64,000 bases of DNA from Candidatus Elulimicrobium sp. (GTDB lineage: Bacteria > Omnitrophota > Gorgyraeia > Zapsychrales > Fredricksoniimonadaceae), in assembly GCA_020720365.1 (NCBI GenBank), contig DYOU01000001.1, positions 32,459 through 96,458 on the forward strand, in the 5' to 3' direction. Below, one piece after another: positions 1 through 9,518 of the stretch. Numbering within the stretch: position 1 is the first letter of the stretch; each line of letters opens with the position of its first letter. The notes beneath the pieces were generated by a model, which was given only the letters and a program-made list of their open reading frames with translations, ran no database searches and had not been told where the DNA came from. A program made the position numbers and the translations under genes.

Positions 1-1159
1 AAAGGGTTTTACGATAGGCGCGTGTTCCGGACAGCAATATGCCTCCTGCCAGAATGAACCAGAAGCCATTCCATTTAGGATGTTTCAGTTCAATCCCCAA
101 ATAGATAAAAGTTGCATATAGTCTTTCCATCAGAATGGGTTGAGTCGCGGTTGTCAGCCCATTGATGAAGGTACGGCTGTCAGGAGCCCATAATGTTTGG
201 AAAAAGAGTGTAGGCAGAAAGGATAAGATGAGCGCGAATAGTGGAACCTTCCAGGAGGAGGCGACTATTTTTCTGAGTGAAGGAGATCGCAGGATCGCCG
301 CTGCGCACATGAGGGCGGTGATCAGGGAGAGTACAAGTCCTTCACTTTTTGTAAAGCTCATGAAACCAAGGCTCAAGAGCAGGATGGATAAGTAGCTGTT
401 TGATCGGCGTTCAATAAAAAGCTTGAATGCCAGCAAGGCACTCAGCAGCCATGTTCCTGTTAGCAGGTCGCTATATTGGCTGGAGGCGAGGATGACCATG
501 AACATGACCGATAGTGCCCATAGCGGAGCGAGCAAGGAGGAAAGAGTCTTGTTTATTTCCTTGAGTCCGAAGAACAGGATCCCGGACATCAGCAGGGAGA
601 TCTGGCAGGAGGTGGCCATGGGGGTCGCCTGGGAGGGTTCTCCGGTAAAACACCATGCCCAGACATTCACGAGAGGGAGCAGGAAAGGGTAGCTGATATT
701 GGAACGCCAGAGCGCGGGGTCCATCATACCGCGCCAGCCGTCGCCTCCGAGGAAAAGAAATTTGGCCTTCAGGTTCCAGCATGACCAGGCATCCCACCCG
801 CCATGCGGATAAGCGGCGGCATAAAGAAAGACGGGGATATGAAAAAGAATGAGAAAAAAGAGCCCGATCAAATCTTGCTTGTTCCAGGCATTCAGGGTGA
901 AGGGGAACGGGATCCCTTTATGTTTTGCCAGGAAGAACAGAAAGAGTGTTACGGTACAATTCAGTGCAATGACATAACCGGGAAGGAGTTGGTTGAAGAA
1001 TAGAAAGCTGGTGAATGTCAGCAGAGCTGTTGTTCCCATGCCGATGAGGGCTCCGAGAAAAAGGAGTAGCGGCATGCGCGGGCGTTCAGAGGGCGGAAAG
1101 ATCGCGATGAGAAGAAAGAAGCCCTGCAGCAGCGATAGCACAAGGGGGAAGATCATCAT
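1..1159 (-). CDS. Polytopic integral membrane protein, 3' end runs off window (GT-C / O-antigen-ligase-like fold suspected); N-terminus MMIFPLVLSLLQGFFLL...
   Basis: Manual reverse-complement translation from ATG (rc of 1157-1159) gives >380 codons with no stop and a strongly hydrophobic multi-TM sequence. The frame stays consistent through position 2-4. The ORF track omits it because it lacks an in-window stop. ATGA overlap with upstream ORF 1156-1578. Confidence 0.6.
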   Translation of the reverse strand, partial: MMIFPLVLSLLQGFFLLIAIFPPSERPRMPLLLFLGALIGMGTTALLTFTSFLFFNQLLPGYVIALNCTVTLFLFFLAKHKGIPFPFTLNAWNKQDLIGLFFLILFHIPVFLYAAAYPHGGWDAWSCWNLKAKFLFLGGDGWRGMMDPALWRSNISYPFLLPLVNVWAWCFTGEPSQATPMATSCQISLLMSGILFFGLKEINKTLSSLLAPLWALSVMFMVILASSQYSDLLTGTWLLSALLAFKLFIERRSNSYLSILLLSLGFMSFTKSEGLVLSLITALMCAAAILRSPSLRKIVASSWKVPLFALILSFLPTLFFQTLWAPDSRTFINGLTTATQPILMERLYATFIYLGIELKHPKWNGFWFILAGGILLSGTRAYRKTL

Positions 1160-1578
1160 AAGCCTTGCCTTTCAGCAAATATGATCCCCTGCGGGCTGCG
1201 TTTGAGTGGTTTTGCCGACAACTGAACAGCCGCGGCAAAAGCTTTTTTCTCATCCTGAAAATCCAGGATCAGGAAATGATGCGTGCTGTTGCCGAGATCC
1301 AGGATGACCGGAGCAAGGGTGAATTGAGCCTGGGTCAAGCGCATGGAAACTTTATCGTCTTTGATATCGCGGTCTGTCAGATAGCCGATATATTTTTCAT
1401 TTCCGCTGGCGCCTTTGATCGGGGCGAAAAGGTCTCCGCCGAAGAAATAAGGATGAAGGCGGCGTTTAACGAAGAGTGTTTTAAGGTCATGCATAACATC
1501 GATTGATCCGCCGATAATGGCGAGCAGAAGGATTAATCGAACACTGTTGCGGCGTGTCAGCCAACCGGGGATTTTCAT
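1156..1578 (-). CDS. Hypothetical protein with N-terminal signal/TM segment (140 aa), translationally coupled to the downstream membrane protein
   Basis: ORF track. Hydrophobic N-terminus (LILLLAIIGGSI). Stop overlaps start of the 1..1159 minus-strand gene (ATGA). Confidence 0.45.
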   Translation of the reverse strand: MKIPGWLTRRNSVRLILLLAIIGGSIDVMHDLKTLFVKRRLHPYFFGGDLFAPIKGASGNEKYIGYLTDRDIKDDKVSMRLTQAQFTLAPVILDLGNSTHHFLILDFQDEKKAFAAAVQLSAKPLKRSPQGIIFAERQGL

Positions 1579-1653
1579 GTGTTCATTCTAGAAGGTCGTG
1601 TGTAAATTGCAAGTGCTAGTCTGGGATATCCAGATTTATCTTGTATAATACGG

Positions 1654-3219
1654 TTGCTTATGAACAGTTACCGGTTTTTGATGGATTTTGTGCAGACTTA
1701 TCGGGGATGGTTGTTGCTGACGGTTATTCTTGCCGTGACCGTGGCAGCGTACTATCCTTCACTTTTTCACTGCGCCCGTGCGGATCAGGTATCTTTTCTG
1801 GCTGAATACGGGATGCAAACGTCCTGGAAGGATTTGACGTTCGGAGTGATGGACTATAATCGTACGCGGCTTTTCTCTCCAGGTGATTCGCTTCTTTTTC
1901 GTCCGTTGTTGTTTGTATTTCTGGGTATTCAGAAGATATTTTTCGGGTACAATTTCTTTTGGTGGCAGGTTGTGGCTTTGGGGGCGCATCTTTTTACGGT
2001 GGCCGCTTTATGGCGTTTGTTATTGCGTTGGGGAGGGCCCGGAAGCCATGCGGCAGCGGCAGTATTTTCTCTTTTCTTTTCCTTGTTATTCGTGAATGTT
2101 GAGGCAGTTGTCTGGCATGGGATTACACCGTATGTATTTTTTGCGGGACTGATCATTCTGGCATTGGAACGCCTGGAGAAATATATTGTTTCTGATGGCG
2201 AGGATCGTGTTTCCCTGGCGGAGTGTACAGGGATACTGTTCGCGGCAGTGCTGATCTATGAAGCGGCCGTTTGGTATATCCCGTGTTTCTTTATGGTTAC
2301 GATCCTTCGTTTGTTCCGCTTGAAACAGGTGAAATTTGGAGTCAGGGCGATGGTGTTGTTATTGCCGTTGGCGGTTTATTTAACGTGGAGCTTGGGCCAT
2401 TTTTTCTTGTCAGGCGCTGTTGTGGAAGGAGAGGTAGAGGTAATGATGTCGGTCTCGATCTTGGGATTGACGGCAGAGAATTTCATTAAATTAGTGAAAT
2501 GGTTCTTGGCTGGCGGACTTTTTCTTCAAGGCCAGGATGTTCGTCCGTTCAGCCGTATGATGGTGGCACCGGAGCTTTTGGGATGGGATTGGCCGATGTT
2601 CAGCGGTTTTATCTCCCGATGGACGGGGGCGGCAGCGGCCGTGTTTATGCTGGCCGCGGTCATTGTTTCGTTAAGGAGTTTTCGGGAAGGCTGGCGGGTT
2701 GGTTTGCTTGGCCTTATGTTGACGGGGTATGTGTTGATCTTAACGGTTGGGCGTGCGAATGTCCGCGCCGATGGGACGGGGCTTGAAAGCAGCCTGTATT
2801 ATTTCTATAACTTCTGGGTCCTGGCAACAGTTATCCTGTTTGTGACGGTGCAAGGCCTTTTTAAAGCTGATGGCTGGCGGAGGTTTCTGGCTGCAGGGCT
2901 TGGCATGGCCGTTATTGTTTTTTCTTTGTTCAATGCCTGGCAGATCCGTCAATTGACAGCCCGGATGGCGCGGGACCATCAGGCGTGTATCATTCTGGTA
3001 AAAACAGTGGATGCTCTTATTGCTGAACACAGTAAAGAAACCGGGTTCTCTTTTTATGTTTCGCCGAGTGTCCCCGGTAATTTCATTGTTTCCTGGTTAG
3101 TGAAGAAGGGCGATCCGGCCGGCCGGCAGTACACCTATGCCGAGGCGCTTTACCCGTTGTATTTCAATGCCGTCGCGCCGAAATACATTATTCATAATGG
3201 CAGTCGGCAGGGCCTGTGA
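1654..3219 (+). CDS. Large polytopic membrane protein (521 aa), probable GT-C-type glycosyltransferase/glycan-modifying membrane protein
   Basis: ORF track. More than 10 predicted hydrophobic helices, aromatic-rich loops. Divergent from the minus-strand membrane protein and upstream of a sugar-nucleotide modification trio. Confidence 0.55.
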   Translation: MLMNSYRFLMDFVQTYRGWLLLTVILAVTVAAYYPSLFHCARADQVSFLAEYGMQTSWKDLTFGVMDYNRTRLFSPGDSLLFRPLLFVFLGIQKIFFGYNFFWWQVVALGAHLFTVAALWRLLLRWGGPGSHAAAAVFSLFFSLLFVNVEAVVWHGITPYVFFAGLIILALERLEKYIVSDGEDRVSLAECTGILFAAVLIYEAAVWYIPCFFMVTILRLFRLKQVKFGVRAMVLLLPLAVYLTWSLGHFFLSGAVVEGEVEVMMSVSILGLTAENFIKLVKWFLAGGLFLQGQDVRPFSRMMVAPELLGWDWPMFSGFISRWTGAAAAVFMLAAVIVSLRSFREGWRVGLLGLMLTGYVLILTVGRANVRADGTGLESSLYYFYNFWVLATVILFVTVQGLFKADGWRRFLAAGLGMAVIVFSLFNAWQIRQLTARMARDHQACIILVKTVDALIAEHSKETGFSFYVSPSVPGNFIVSWLVKKGDPAGRQYTYAEALYPLYFNAVAPKYIIHNGSRQGL

Positions 3220-3294
3220 GCGATCAAAGCGCAACATTAACGCAGAAAATCTTTGTCTGACGGTTGTGATACGGGATAGTTTAAAGAAAACACT

Positions 3295-3322
3295 TTGTTA
3301 TCAGCCTCCTGGTCTATATAAT
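3295..3322 (+). promoter_or_regulatory. Sigma70-like promoter (TTGTTA-16nt-TATAAT) upstream of 3352 gene; SD AGGAGG at 3341-3346
   Basis: Read directly from sequence: ttgtta tcagcctcctggtcta tataat, then aggagg 5 nt before GTG 3352. Confidence 0.4.
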
Positions 3323-3351
3323 ATATAAAAATTTTTAAACAGGAGGTTGCT

Positions 3352-4368
3352 GTGATTTCTGTTGGAGTTATCGGGTGCGGTCATTGGGGGCCCAATCATA
3401 TTCGTGTCTTTTCTCAGCTGCCGGATTCACAATGCTTGATGTGTGCGGATGTCGATGAAGCGCGTCTTAAGGCTGTTAAATCTCTTTTTCCATCGGTTGA
3501 ATTTACCAGGGATCATCAGGATATCCTGGCGAATCCAGCGATTGATGCGGTCTGTATTGCAGCTCCGACACGGTTCCATTATCAGCTTACCAGGGAAGCA
3601 TTGGCTTCCGGTAAGCATGTATTATGCGAAAAGCCGTTGGCGATGCTGCCTGAGGAGTGCCTGGAATTGAAGGCTCTGGCGGATAAGGCGGGAAAAGTTC
3701 TGATGGTGGGGCATGTCTTTACGTTTAATTCGGGTATTCGCTGGGTCAAGGCTTATATTGATTCCGGCGAAATGGGGAAGATCTTTTATGCTCATTCCGA
3801 GCGCACGAATCTGGGGCCGTTCCGTTATGATGTGAACGCTCTTTGGGATCTGGCGCCTCATGATATTTCCATCTTTGATTATCTTCTGGGGTGCGGGGCG
3901 GTGAGCGCCTCGGCGCGCGGGTTAAAATGCCTGGGGAATACACTGGAAGACCTTGCTTTTGCTACTCTGGATTATCCGGATTCCAGGCTGGTGAATATTC
4001 ACGTCAGCTGGGCGGATCCGCGTAAAGTCCGTCAGATCACGATTGTTGGAGAAAAGAAAATGCTGGTGTGGGATGACCTTGATCCTCTCGGAGCTGTGCG
4101 CGTGTATGACAAATATGTAGAGCGTACGACCAAGTACTATGAGAGTTACGGCGAGTTTCAGCTGCTTTCGCGTGAAGGCTCGATCACGATCCCCAAGATC
4201 AATCTGGGAGAACCCCTTAAGAGCCAGGGGCAGTATTTTATTGAATGTGTCAAGAATGGCGTTGCGCCGGAGATCGCCGATGCGTTAAAGGCCGCTTCTG
4301 TTGTGCGCACCTTGGCGGCTGTGCAGAAATCCATGGATAACGGTGGAGCGTCAGTCAGGATCGTATGA
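3352..4368 (+). CDS. Gfo/Idh/MocA family NAD(P)-dependent oxidoreductase (WbpB-like UDP-sugar 3-dehydrogenase type)
   Basis: N-terminal Rossmann motif VGVIGCGHWGPNHIR, EKPLA motif, ~338 aa. Gene context with hexapeptide acetyltransferase and GT2. Confidence 0.75.
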   Translation: MISVGVIGCGHWGPNHIRVFSQLPDSQCLMCADVDEARLKAVKSLFPSVEFTRDHQDILANPAIDAVCIAAPTRFHYQLTREALASGKHVLCEKPLAMLPEECLELKALADKAGKVLMVGHVFTFNSGIRWVKAYIDSGEMGKIFYAHSERTNLGPFRYDVNALWDLAPHDISIFDYLLGCGAVSASARGLKCLGNTLEDLAFATLDYPDSRLVNIHVSWADPRKVRQITIVGEKKMLVWDDLDPLGAVRVYDKYVERTTKYYESYGEFQLLSREGSITIPKINLGEPLKSQGQYFIECVKNGVAPEIADALKAASVVRTLAAVQKSMDNGGASVRIV

Positions 4369-4868
4369 GTTTCTTCCAGCATCCTACCGCATTAGTCAGT
4401 GAACAGGCGCATATCGGGGAAGGGACCCGTGTTTGGGCTTTTGTTAATATTATGGACGGAGCGGTTATCGGCCGGAATTGCAATATATGCGATCATTGTT
4501 ATGTTGAGGGTAAAGTCCGCCTGGGAGATCAGGTGACGATCAAGAATAATGTGCCTGTCTATGATGGCGTTATTATTGAAGATAATGTATTTGTCGGGCC
4601 GAACGCGACTTTTGTGAATGATCGTCATCCGCGCAGCCGCAGTTCAGGCTGGACGCTGGAGCCGACATTGCTCAGGAAGGGTGCGTCTATCGGGGCTAAT
4701 GCGACGGTGATGTGCGGCGTGACGGTAGGTGAGTATGCGGTCATTGGGGCCGGTTGTGTCGTGGTACGTGACGTTCCTCCGCATGCGGTCATGGTGGGAA
4801 ATCCTGCACGGCAGATCGGTTGGGTCAATAAGGATGGGCAGCGTGTGAACCCTGAGGAGCTTGTTTGA
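4365..4868 (+). CDS. Left-handed beta-helix (hexapeptide repeat) sugar N-acetyltransferase, WbpD/WlbB-like
   Basis: Repeating [LIV]G-x-x-x-x hexapeptides (VIGRNCNICDHCYVEGKVRLGDQVTIKNNVPVYDGVIIEDNVFVGPNATF). Start overlaps upstream stop. Confidence 0.75.
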   Translation: MSFFQHPTALVSEQAHIGEGTRVWAFVNIMDGAVIGRNCNICDHCYVEGKVRLGDQVTIKNNVPVYDGVIIEDNVFVGPNATFVNDRHPRSRSSGWTLEPTLLRKGASIGANATVMCGVTVGEYAVIGAGCVVVRDVPPHAVMVGNPARQIGWVNKDGQRVNPEELV

Positions 4869-5590
4869 AGATCCTCGTCTGTCCTATTGCTTATAACGAG
4901 CGTGTTAAACTGCAAAGTGTTGTTGAACGTTTTTTGAAAAGCCCGGTATGCGGCAAGGTAGATTATGCTGTGGTGGACGATGGGTCTAATGACGGCACAG
5001 AAGCGCTCCTTTGTTCTTACGCGCCGCGCGGTGTGCGGACGTTGCGCCATGTTTTTCAGCGCGGCGTTGGCGCTGCCATACGGACGGCGATCAAACATGC
5101 CTGTGCGCATCATTATGATGTCTTGGTGATCATGGCCGGCAATGACAAGGATAATCCGGACGAGATCCCGGTCCTGCTGCAGGCGGTCGAGGCGGGGTTT
5201 GATTTTGTCCAGGGGTCGCGGTATAAGGGCAAGGTGGGGACAGGCGGAGATATGCCGTTCTATCGCAAGATCGCGACGAGGTTTCATCCGTGGTTAATGT
5301 CGTTCTTTCTGCGCGTACCTATTACGGACAGTACGAACGGGTTTCGGGCGTTTCGTTTGTCGATCTTCAATGACAAGCGGTTCAATATCGATCAGCCGTG
5401 GCTTGATGCTTATGAGCTCGAGCCGTATTTGATGTTCAAGGCCATTCAGTTCAGGCTTAAGTTCACCGAAGTTTTTGTTACCAAGATATATCCGCCGAAA
5501 AAACTTGGTTACACCAAGATGAAGCCGTTCCTCGGCTGGTGGAGTATTCTGAAACCGGTGTTCTATTTAGGATTGGGGATAAGGAAATGA
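4865..5590 (+). CDS. Family 2 glycosyltransferase, polyprenyl-phosphate sugar synthase-like (DPM1/ArnC-like)
   Basis: VVDDGSNDGT motif and downstream DxD-type region. 241 aa, soluble GT2 typical of Dpm1/ArnC/GtrB. Confidence 0.7.
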   Translation: MKILVCPIAYNERVKLQSVVERFLKSPVCGKVDYAVVDDGSNDGTEALLCSYAPRGVRTLRHVFQRGVGAAIRTAIKHACAHHYDVLVIMAGNDKDNPDEIPVLLQAVEAGFDFVQGSRYKGKVGTGGDMPFYRKIATRFHPWLMSFFLRVPITDSTNGFRAFRLSIFNDKRFNIDQPWLDAYELEPYLMFKAIQFRLKFTEVFVTKIYPPKKLGYTKMKPFLGWWSILKPVFYLGLGIRK

Positions 5591-6366
5591 AGATTTACGG
5601 AAAGAATCCGGTGCTGGAGCGCCTTAAGGCTAACCCCAGGAGTGTTCGCGTTATTTTTATTCAGGCGGGAAATCCTGAGCACAGTTATATCGCGTCGAAG
5701 GCGAAAAAGTACGGGATACCGATCACGGTTATCGACGGTCGTAAAATGCTCAAGCTTGGCCGTAGTATGAATACTCAAGGGCTGCTTATGGAGGTCGAGG
5801 ATTTTACGTACCTGGACTTTGAAGATGTCCTGGATGAAGCGGCGGCCGGAAGGACAACATTTGTTTTTCTGGATGGGCTTAATGATCCGCAGAACCTCGG
5901 CGCGATCATCCGCAGCCTGGGCTGTTTGGGCGGGTTTACTTTGGTTCTTCCCACTCATGACTCCGTGCACGTGACGGAGGCTGTCCTGCGGGTGGCTTGC
6001 GGCGGCGATAATTACATCAGGATCGCGAAAGTTAATAATTTGAATCAGGCCATTCAAAAAGCCAAGTCCCGGGGGATTTGGATCGCCGGCAGCGTGGTCA
6101 AGGATGGCGAGGATATCAAGAAAGTCAAATTACCGTTCCCTATTGCATTAGTGATCGGATCAGAGGAGAAGGGGATCCGGGATGTGACGCTGCAGAAGCT
6201 GGATGTCAAGCTGACGATCCCTATGGCATTCCCCCGAATGTCGCTTAACGCCGCGCATGCCGCGAGCATATTTTGCTATGAGATCATTAAACAAAGACCA
6301 AAAAGTATTAAAACAACAGCCGCTCTCGAAGGGGAAAAGCTCCGCCTCGATAACCTCCCGGAGTAA
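5587..6366 (+). CDS. rlmB: 23S rRNA (guanosine-2'-O-)-methyltransferase, SpoU/TrmH family (RlmB-like)
   Basis: MKIYGKNPVLERL start (ATGA overlap with GT2 stop). SpoU motifs FVFLDGLNDPQNLGAIIRS, LVIGSEEKGI, LNAAHAASI. Confidence 0.75.
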   Translation: MKIYGKNPVLERLKANPRSVRVIFIQAGNPEHSYIASKAKKYGIPITVIDGRKMLKLGRSMNTQGLLMEVEDFTYLDFEDVLDEAAAGRTTFVFLDGLNDPQNLGAIIRSLGCLGGFTLVLPTHDSVHVTEAVLRVACGGDNYIRIAKVNNLNQAIQKAKSRGIWIAGSVVKDGEDIKKVKLPFPIALVIGSEEKGIRDVTLQKLDVKLTIPMAFPRMSLNAAHAASIFCYEIIKQRPKSIKTTAALEGEKLRLDNLPE

Positions 6367-6928
6367 GGCCCTGGATTTCTTTGCCGAAGCCGGATTGCTG
6401 AAGCGTGTTAAGCGCAGCGGCTGGTGGGTGGCGGGGATCGAGAATCCGGAGAGTGTGGCGGATCATTGTTTTCGTTGTGCTGTGATCGGTTTTTATATGG
6501 CGCATGAAGAAGGCGCGGATCCGTATCGTGTCCTGGCGATGACTCTTTTCAATGATATTCATGAAGCCCGCATTAATGATCTTCACAAGATGGGGCATTA
6601 TTACATTGATTTTAAGGCCGCCGAAAAACGGGTTTTTGCCGATCAGGTGGCAGGGCTTCCTTCTAAAGTAAAGACAGAGTTGACGGACATCCGCACAGAT
6701 TATGACGCGCAGCATTCACTGGAGGCCTTGGTGGCGAGGGATGCCGATATTCTGGAGTGCCTGGTGCAGGCCAAGGAATATATGGATAACGGATATCCTG
6801 TTGCCAGAAAATTTCTTAAGCGTGCGCCGGGTTTTCTAAAGACGCGGACAGCGATAAACTTGTGGGACTCGCTTCAGGAGTGGGATTCGACTGTGTGGTG
6901 GGAGAATGTTGTCAAGTTCGAAAGGTAA
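6257..6928 (+). CDS. HD-domain phosphohydrolase, HDDC2/YfbR-like 5'-deoxynucleotidase family; start codon uncertain (6257 or 6278)
   Basis: LKRVKRSGW...PESVADHCFRCAVI...HDIHEARINDL matches the HDDC2 signature (LKRVPRTGW...ESVSDHMYRMAV...HD). Confidence 0.7.
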   Translation: MPRAYFAMRSLNKDQKVLKQQPLSKGKSSASITSRSKALDFFAEAGLLKRVKRSGWWVAGIENPESVADHCFRCAVIGFYMAHEEGADPYRVLAMTLFNDIHEARINDLHKMGHYYIDFKAAEKRVFADQVAGLPSKVKTELTDIRTDYDAQHSLEALVARDADILECLVQAKEYMDNGYPVARKFLKRAPGFLKTRTAINLWDSLQEWDSTVWWENVVKFER

Positions 6929-7087
6929 TGATGAGTTGGTTTCCTTGCGCTCTGTTCACAGTTGGACTTGAAAGACCGTATTAAGGCTGTTAAAAAAAGA
7001 GATTGAATTGGTGAAGGCGAAATAATAAGATTTAATGTATAATGAATTCTTATACAAATATGAAACATAACTATTATTAGAGAGCTA

Positions 7088-9049
7088 ATGTCCATTAAAG
7101 ATAATAATCTTCCTCATTTTATCGATTCGCTCAAGATCGGTGTCGGCCGTACGACATTTGGTATGAGCGCACAATTCCTTTTTGTGAATGTGGCGCTTGC
7201 CGAGATGCTGCAATACAGCCAGGCGGAGCTGCTGGGCTGTAAGATGGCGGATATTTTTGAAAATAAAAAAGCCTTGTCTGATTTTGTGACGCTTCTGAAA
7301 AAGAAGGTCAGTGTTGAGGGGTACGAGATTTTGTTGAGGCGTAGAAGGGTTGGGACGATTTGGGCATCATTATCTGTTACCGTTGATACAGACCTCAAAG
7401 AACGTCCGCAGTTCTTGAATCTGGTGATCGAAGATATTACCAGAAAGAAAGAAGTGGAGCTCGACCTGTTGCGGTCGAAGGAGATCTTCAAGGTTGTCTT
7501 TGATAATTCCGCGGCAACGATCACGGTTACGGATCAGGATGAAAAGATCGTGGCGTGGAATCCTTTTACGGAGAAGATGCTGGAGATGAGCGGTGACGAT
7601 CTTTTTAACAAGCCGATCAAGGATCTTTATCCCGAACGCGAGTGGCGCAAGATGCGCAAGCTCAATATTCGCAAGAAGGGGGTCTTGTCGGGGATCAATA
7701 CCCAGGTGATCAAGAAAGACGGTACGATCCTGGATGTGGATGCGTCGATCACTGTGCTTAAAGATGCGCACGGCAAGGTTGTCGGGTCGATCGGTATCCT
7801 GCGGGATATCAGCAAGCAAAAACGCATTCAAGAAGTCCTGCTTCAGGCCAAGTTAGCGGCGGAAGAGGCGAACAGTTCCAAGAGTATGTTCCTGGCCAAA
7901 ATGTCGCATGAGCTGCGCACACCGATGAACGGGGTGCTTGGGATGCTGGACCTGACGCTGGACACACCATTGACAGATGAGCAAAGAGATAATTTGAAAG
8001 TCGCCAAGGATGCGGCAGGGAATCTTTTGGGTTTACTGAATGATATCCTGGACCTTTCCAAGGCGGAAGCGGGAAAGATCACGATCGAAAGCATCGAGAT
8101 CAGCCTGCGCGATGTCATCAAAAGCGTATGCAAGGGGCTGGCGGTCCTCGCCCAGAATAAAGGCCTTGAGCTGCGGTATTTTGTAGCGGAAGATGTTCCG
8201 ACTTTGATCATGGGGGATCCGGTCCGTGTCCGGCAGATCATCATCAATTTTGTTAATAATTCTATTAAATTTACACATCAGGGGCATGTGGAAGTTTCTG
8301 TCCGCCTTAAGCAGCCTCAGGGTGAAGATGGTTTTTGTGAGCTTCAGTTTGCGGTCTCGGATACGGGTATCGGTATCCCGAAATCGCGTCAGAACGCTCT
8401 TTTTGAAGTTTTCAGCCAGGTGGATGAGAGTACGTCACGGCGTTATGGCGGAACAGGCCTTGGGTTGGCTATCTGTAAGAAACTGGTGGAAATGATGGAT
8501 GGCCGTATCTGGATCGAGAGTGAAGAAGGTAAGGGCAGCAGTTTTATTTTCAGCTTGCGCCTTAAGGTCAGTCCGAGTGCTGTTTCGCTGGCGGCTCAAG
8601 GGGATGGGCAGGGAGTGGTTCAGGCCGTGGGGAAGGATGCGGCGGCCTCTTCAGAGGATGTTGGCCGTTTGCGCATTCTTCTGGCAGAAGATAATCTGGT
8701 GAATCAGAAGATCGCGGCCAGGGTCCTGGAGAAGCGTGGATGGGAAGTTGTTTGTGCGTTGAACGGACGTGAGACATTGGATCTGTTGAGCAAGAATCAT
8801 TTTGATCTTATATTAATGGATGATCATATGCCTGAGATGTCAGGTGTTGAAGCGACGATCATTATTCGTACAGAGGAGAAGCAGACAGGATTGCATATTC
8901 CGATTATTGCCATGACAGCTAATGCGATGGCGGGAGACAAAGAAAGATATTTGTCGCATGGGATGGATGCGTATATTTCCAAGCCTATTGACCGTGACGT
9001 ATTGTTTCAAACCATTATTAACCAAATTCAACAGAGGAAATCCGAATGA
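7088..9049 (+). CDS. PAS/PAC-sensor hybrid histidine kinase (two PAS, HisKA, HATPase_c, C-terminal receiver)
   Basis: H-box MSHELRTPMNGVLGM, N/G boxes (NNSIKFT, DTGIGI, GGTGLGLAI), receiver DLILMDDHMPEMSG. Confidence 0.85.
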   Translation: MSIKDNNLPHFIDSLKIGVGRTTFGMSAQFLFVNVALAEMLQYSQAELLGCKMADIFENKKALSDFVTLLKKKVSVEGYEILLRRRRVGTIWASLSVTVDTDLKERPQFLNLVIEDITRKKEVELDLLRSKEIFKVVFDNSAATITVTDQDEKIVAWNPFTEKMLEMSGDDLFNKPIKDLYPEREWRKMRKLNIRKKGVLSGINTQVIKKDGTILDVDASITVLKDAHGKVVGSIGILRDISKQKRIQEVLLQAKLAAEEANSSKSMFLAKMSHELRTPMNGVLGMLDLTLDTPLTDEQRDNLKVAKDAAGNLLGLLNDILDLSKAEAGKITIESIEISLRDVIKSVCKGLAVLAQNKGLELRYFVAEDVPTLIMGDPVRVRQIIINFVNNSIKFTHQGHVEVSVRLKQPQGEDGFCELQFAVSDTGIGIPKSRQNALFEVFSQVDESTSRRYGGTGLGLAICKKLVEMMDGRIWIESEEGKGSSFIFSLRLKVSPSAVSLAAQGDGQGVVQAVGKDAAASSEDVGRLRILLAEDNLVNQKIAARVLEKRGWEVVCALNGRETLDLLSKNHFDLILMDDHMPEMSGVEATIIIRTEEKQTGLHIPIIAMTANAMAGDKERYLSHGMDAYISKPIDRDVLFQTIINQIQQRKSE

Positions 9050-9396
9050 GTCAGGTCATTGATCTAAAAGATGTAATGGAGCGTGTGCAGGACGATAAAG
9101 AGCTTTTGCTCGAGTTGTTTGATATTTTTATTGAAGATTTCAAGAGTAAGCGTGACGGGTTCTGGAAGGCGTATGAGAAGCATGACCTGGCGACTTTTCA
9201 GTATTTGGCCCATGGCCTTAAGGGAGGGGCGGGGAATATTTCAGCTATGCAGATCCATGAGAACTGTATTAATCTTGACCGGATGGGTAAGGACGGGCAT
9301 ATTGAGAATGCCAAGTCGGCGCTTGAACTGCTGGATCAGCAGTTTGAAGCGTTTAAGGTTGAAGTGGCGCGGATCAAAGCGGAATTTGCGAAATAA
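9046..9396 (+). CDS. Hpt (histidine phosphotransfer) domain protein
   Basis: HGLKGGAGNISA motif with the conserved His. 116 aa, ATGA-coupled to the hybrid kinase. Confidence 0.75.
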   Translation: MSQVIDLKDVMERVQDDKELLLELFDIFIEDFKSKRDGFWKAYEKHDLATFQYLAHGLKGGAGNISAMQIHENCINLDRMGKDGHIENAKSALELLDQQFEAFKVEVARIKAEFAK

Positions 9397-9432
9397 CGAG
9401 AGTTCTTTTATAATTCATCGAGGTGAAAGCGG

Positions 9433-9468
9433 AAAAGGGTCTTTCATATGAAAGGCCCTTTCTGTTTG
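9433..9468 (+). terminator. Rho-independent terminator after Hpt gene
   Basis: AAAGGGTCTTTCA-tat-TGAAAGGCCCTTT hairpin followed by T-rich tract. Confidence 0.45.
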
Positions 9469-9518
9469 GTCTTGTATTCAAGAGATGAATGGGGATTCTG
9501 TATTGAGGAAAATGTTGT

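Noticed and set aside
162-1184. Plus-strand ORFs 162–395, 423–692, 803–1003, 993–1184 and minus ORF 471–797
   Set aside because: They lie antisense to, or in alternative frames of, the long minus-strand membrane-protein ORF. Their products are Arg/Pro-rich frame-shadow sequences with no recognisable motifs.
9397-9518. Small ORFs 9083–9451 (+) and 9374–9655 (−) around the Hpt terminator
   Set aside because: They overlap the Hpt gene and terminator in alternative frames; their products are low-complexity with no support.
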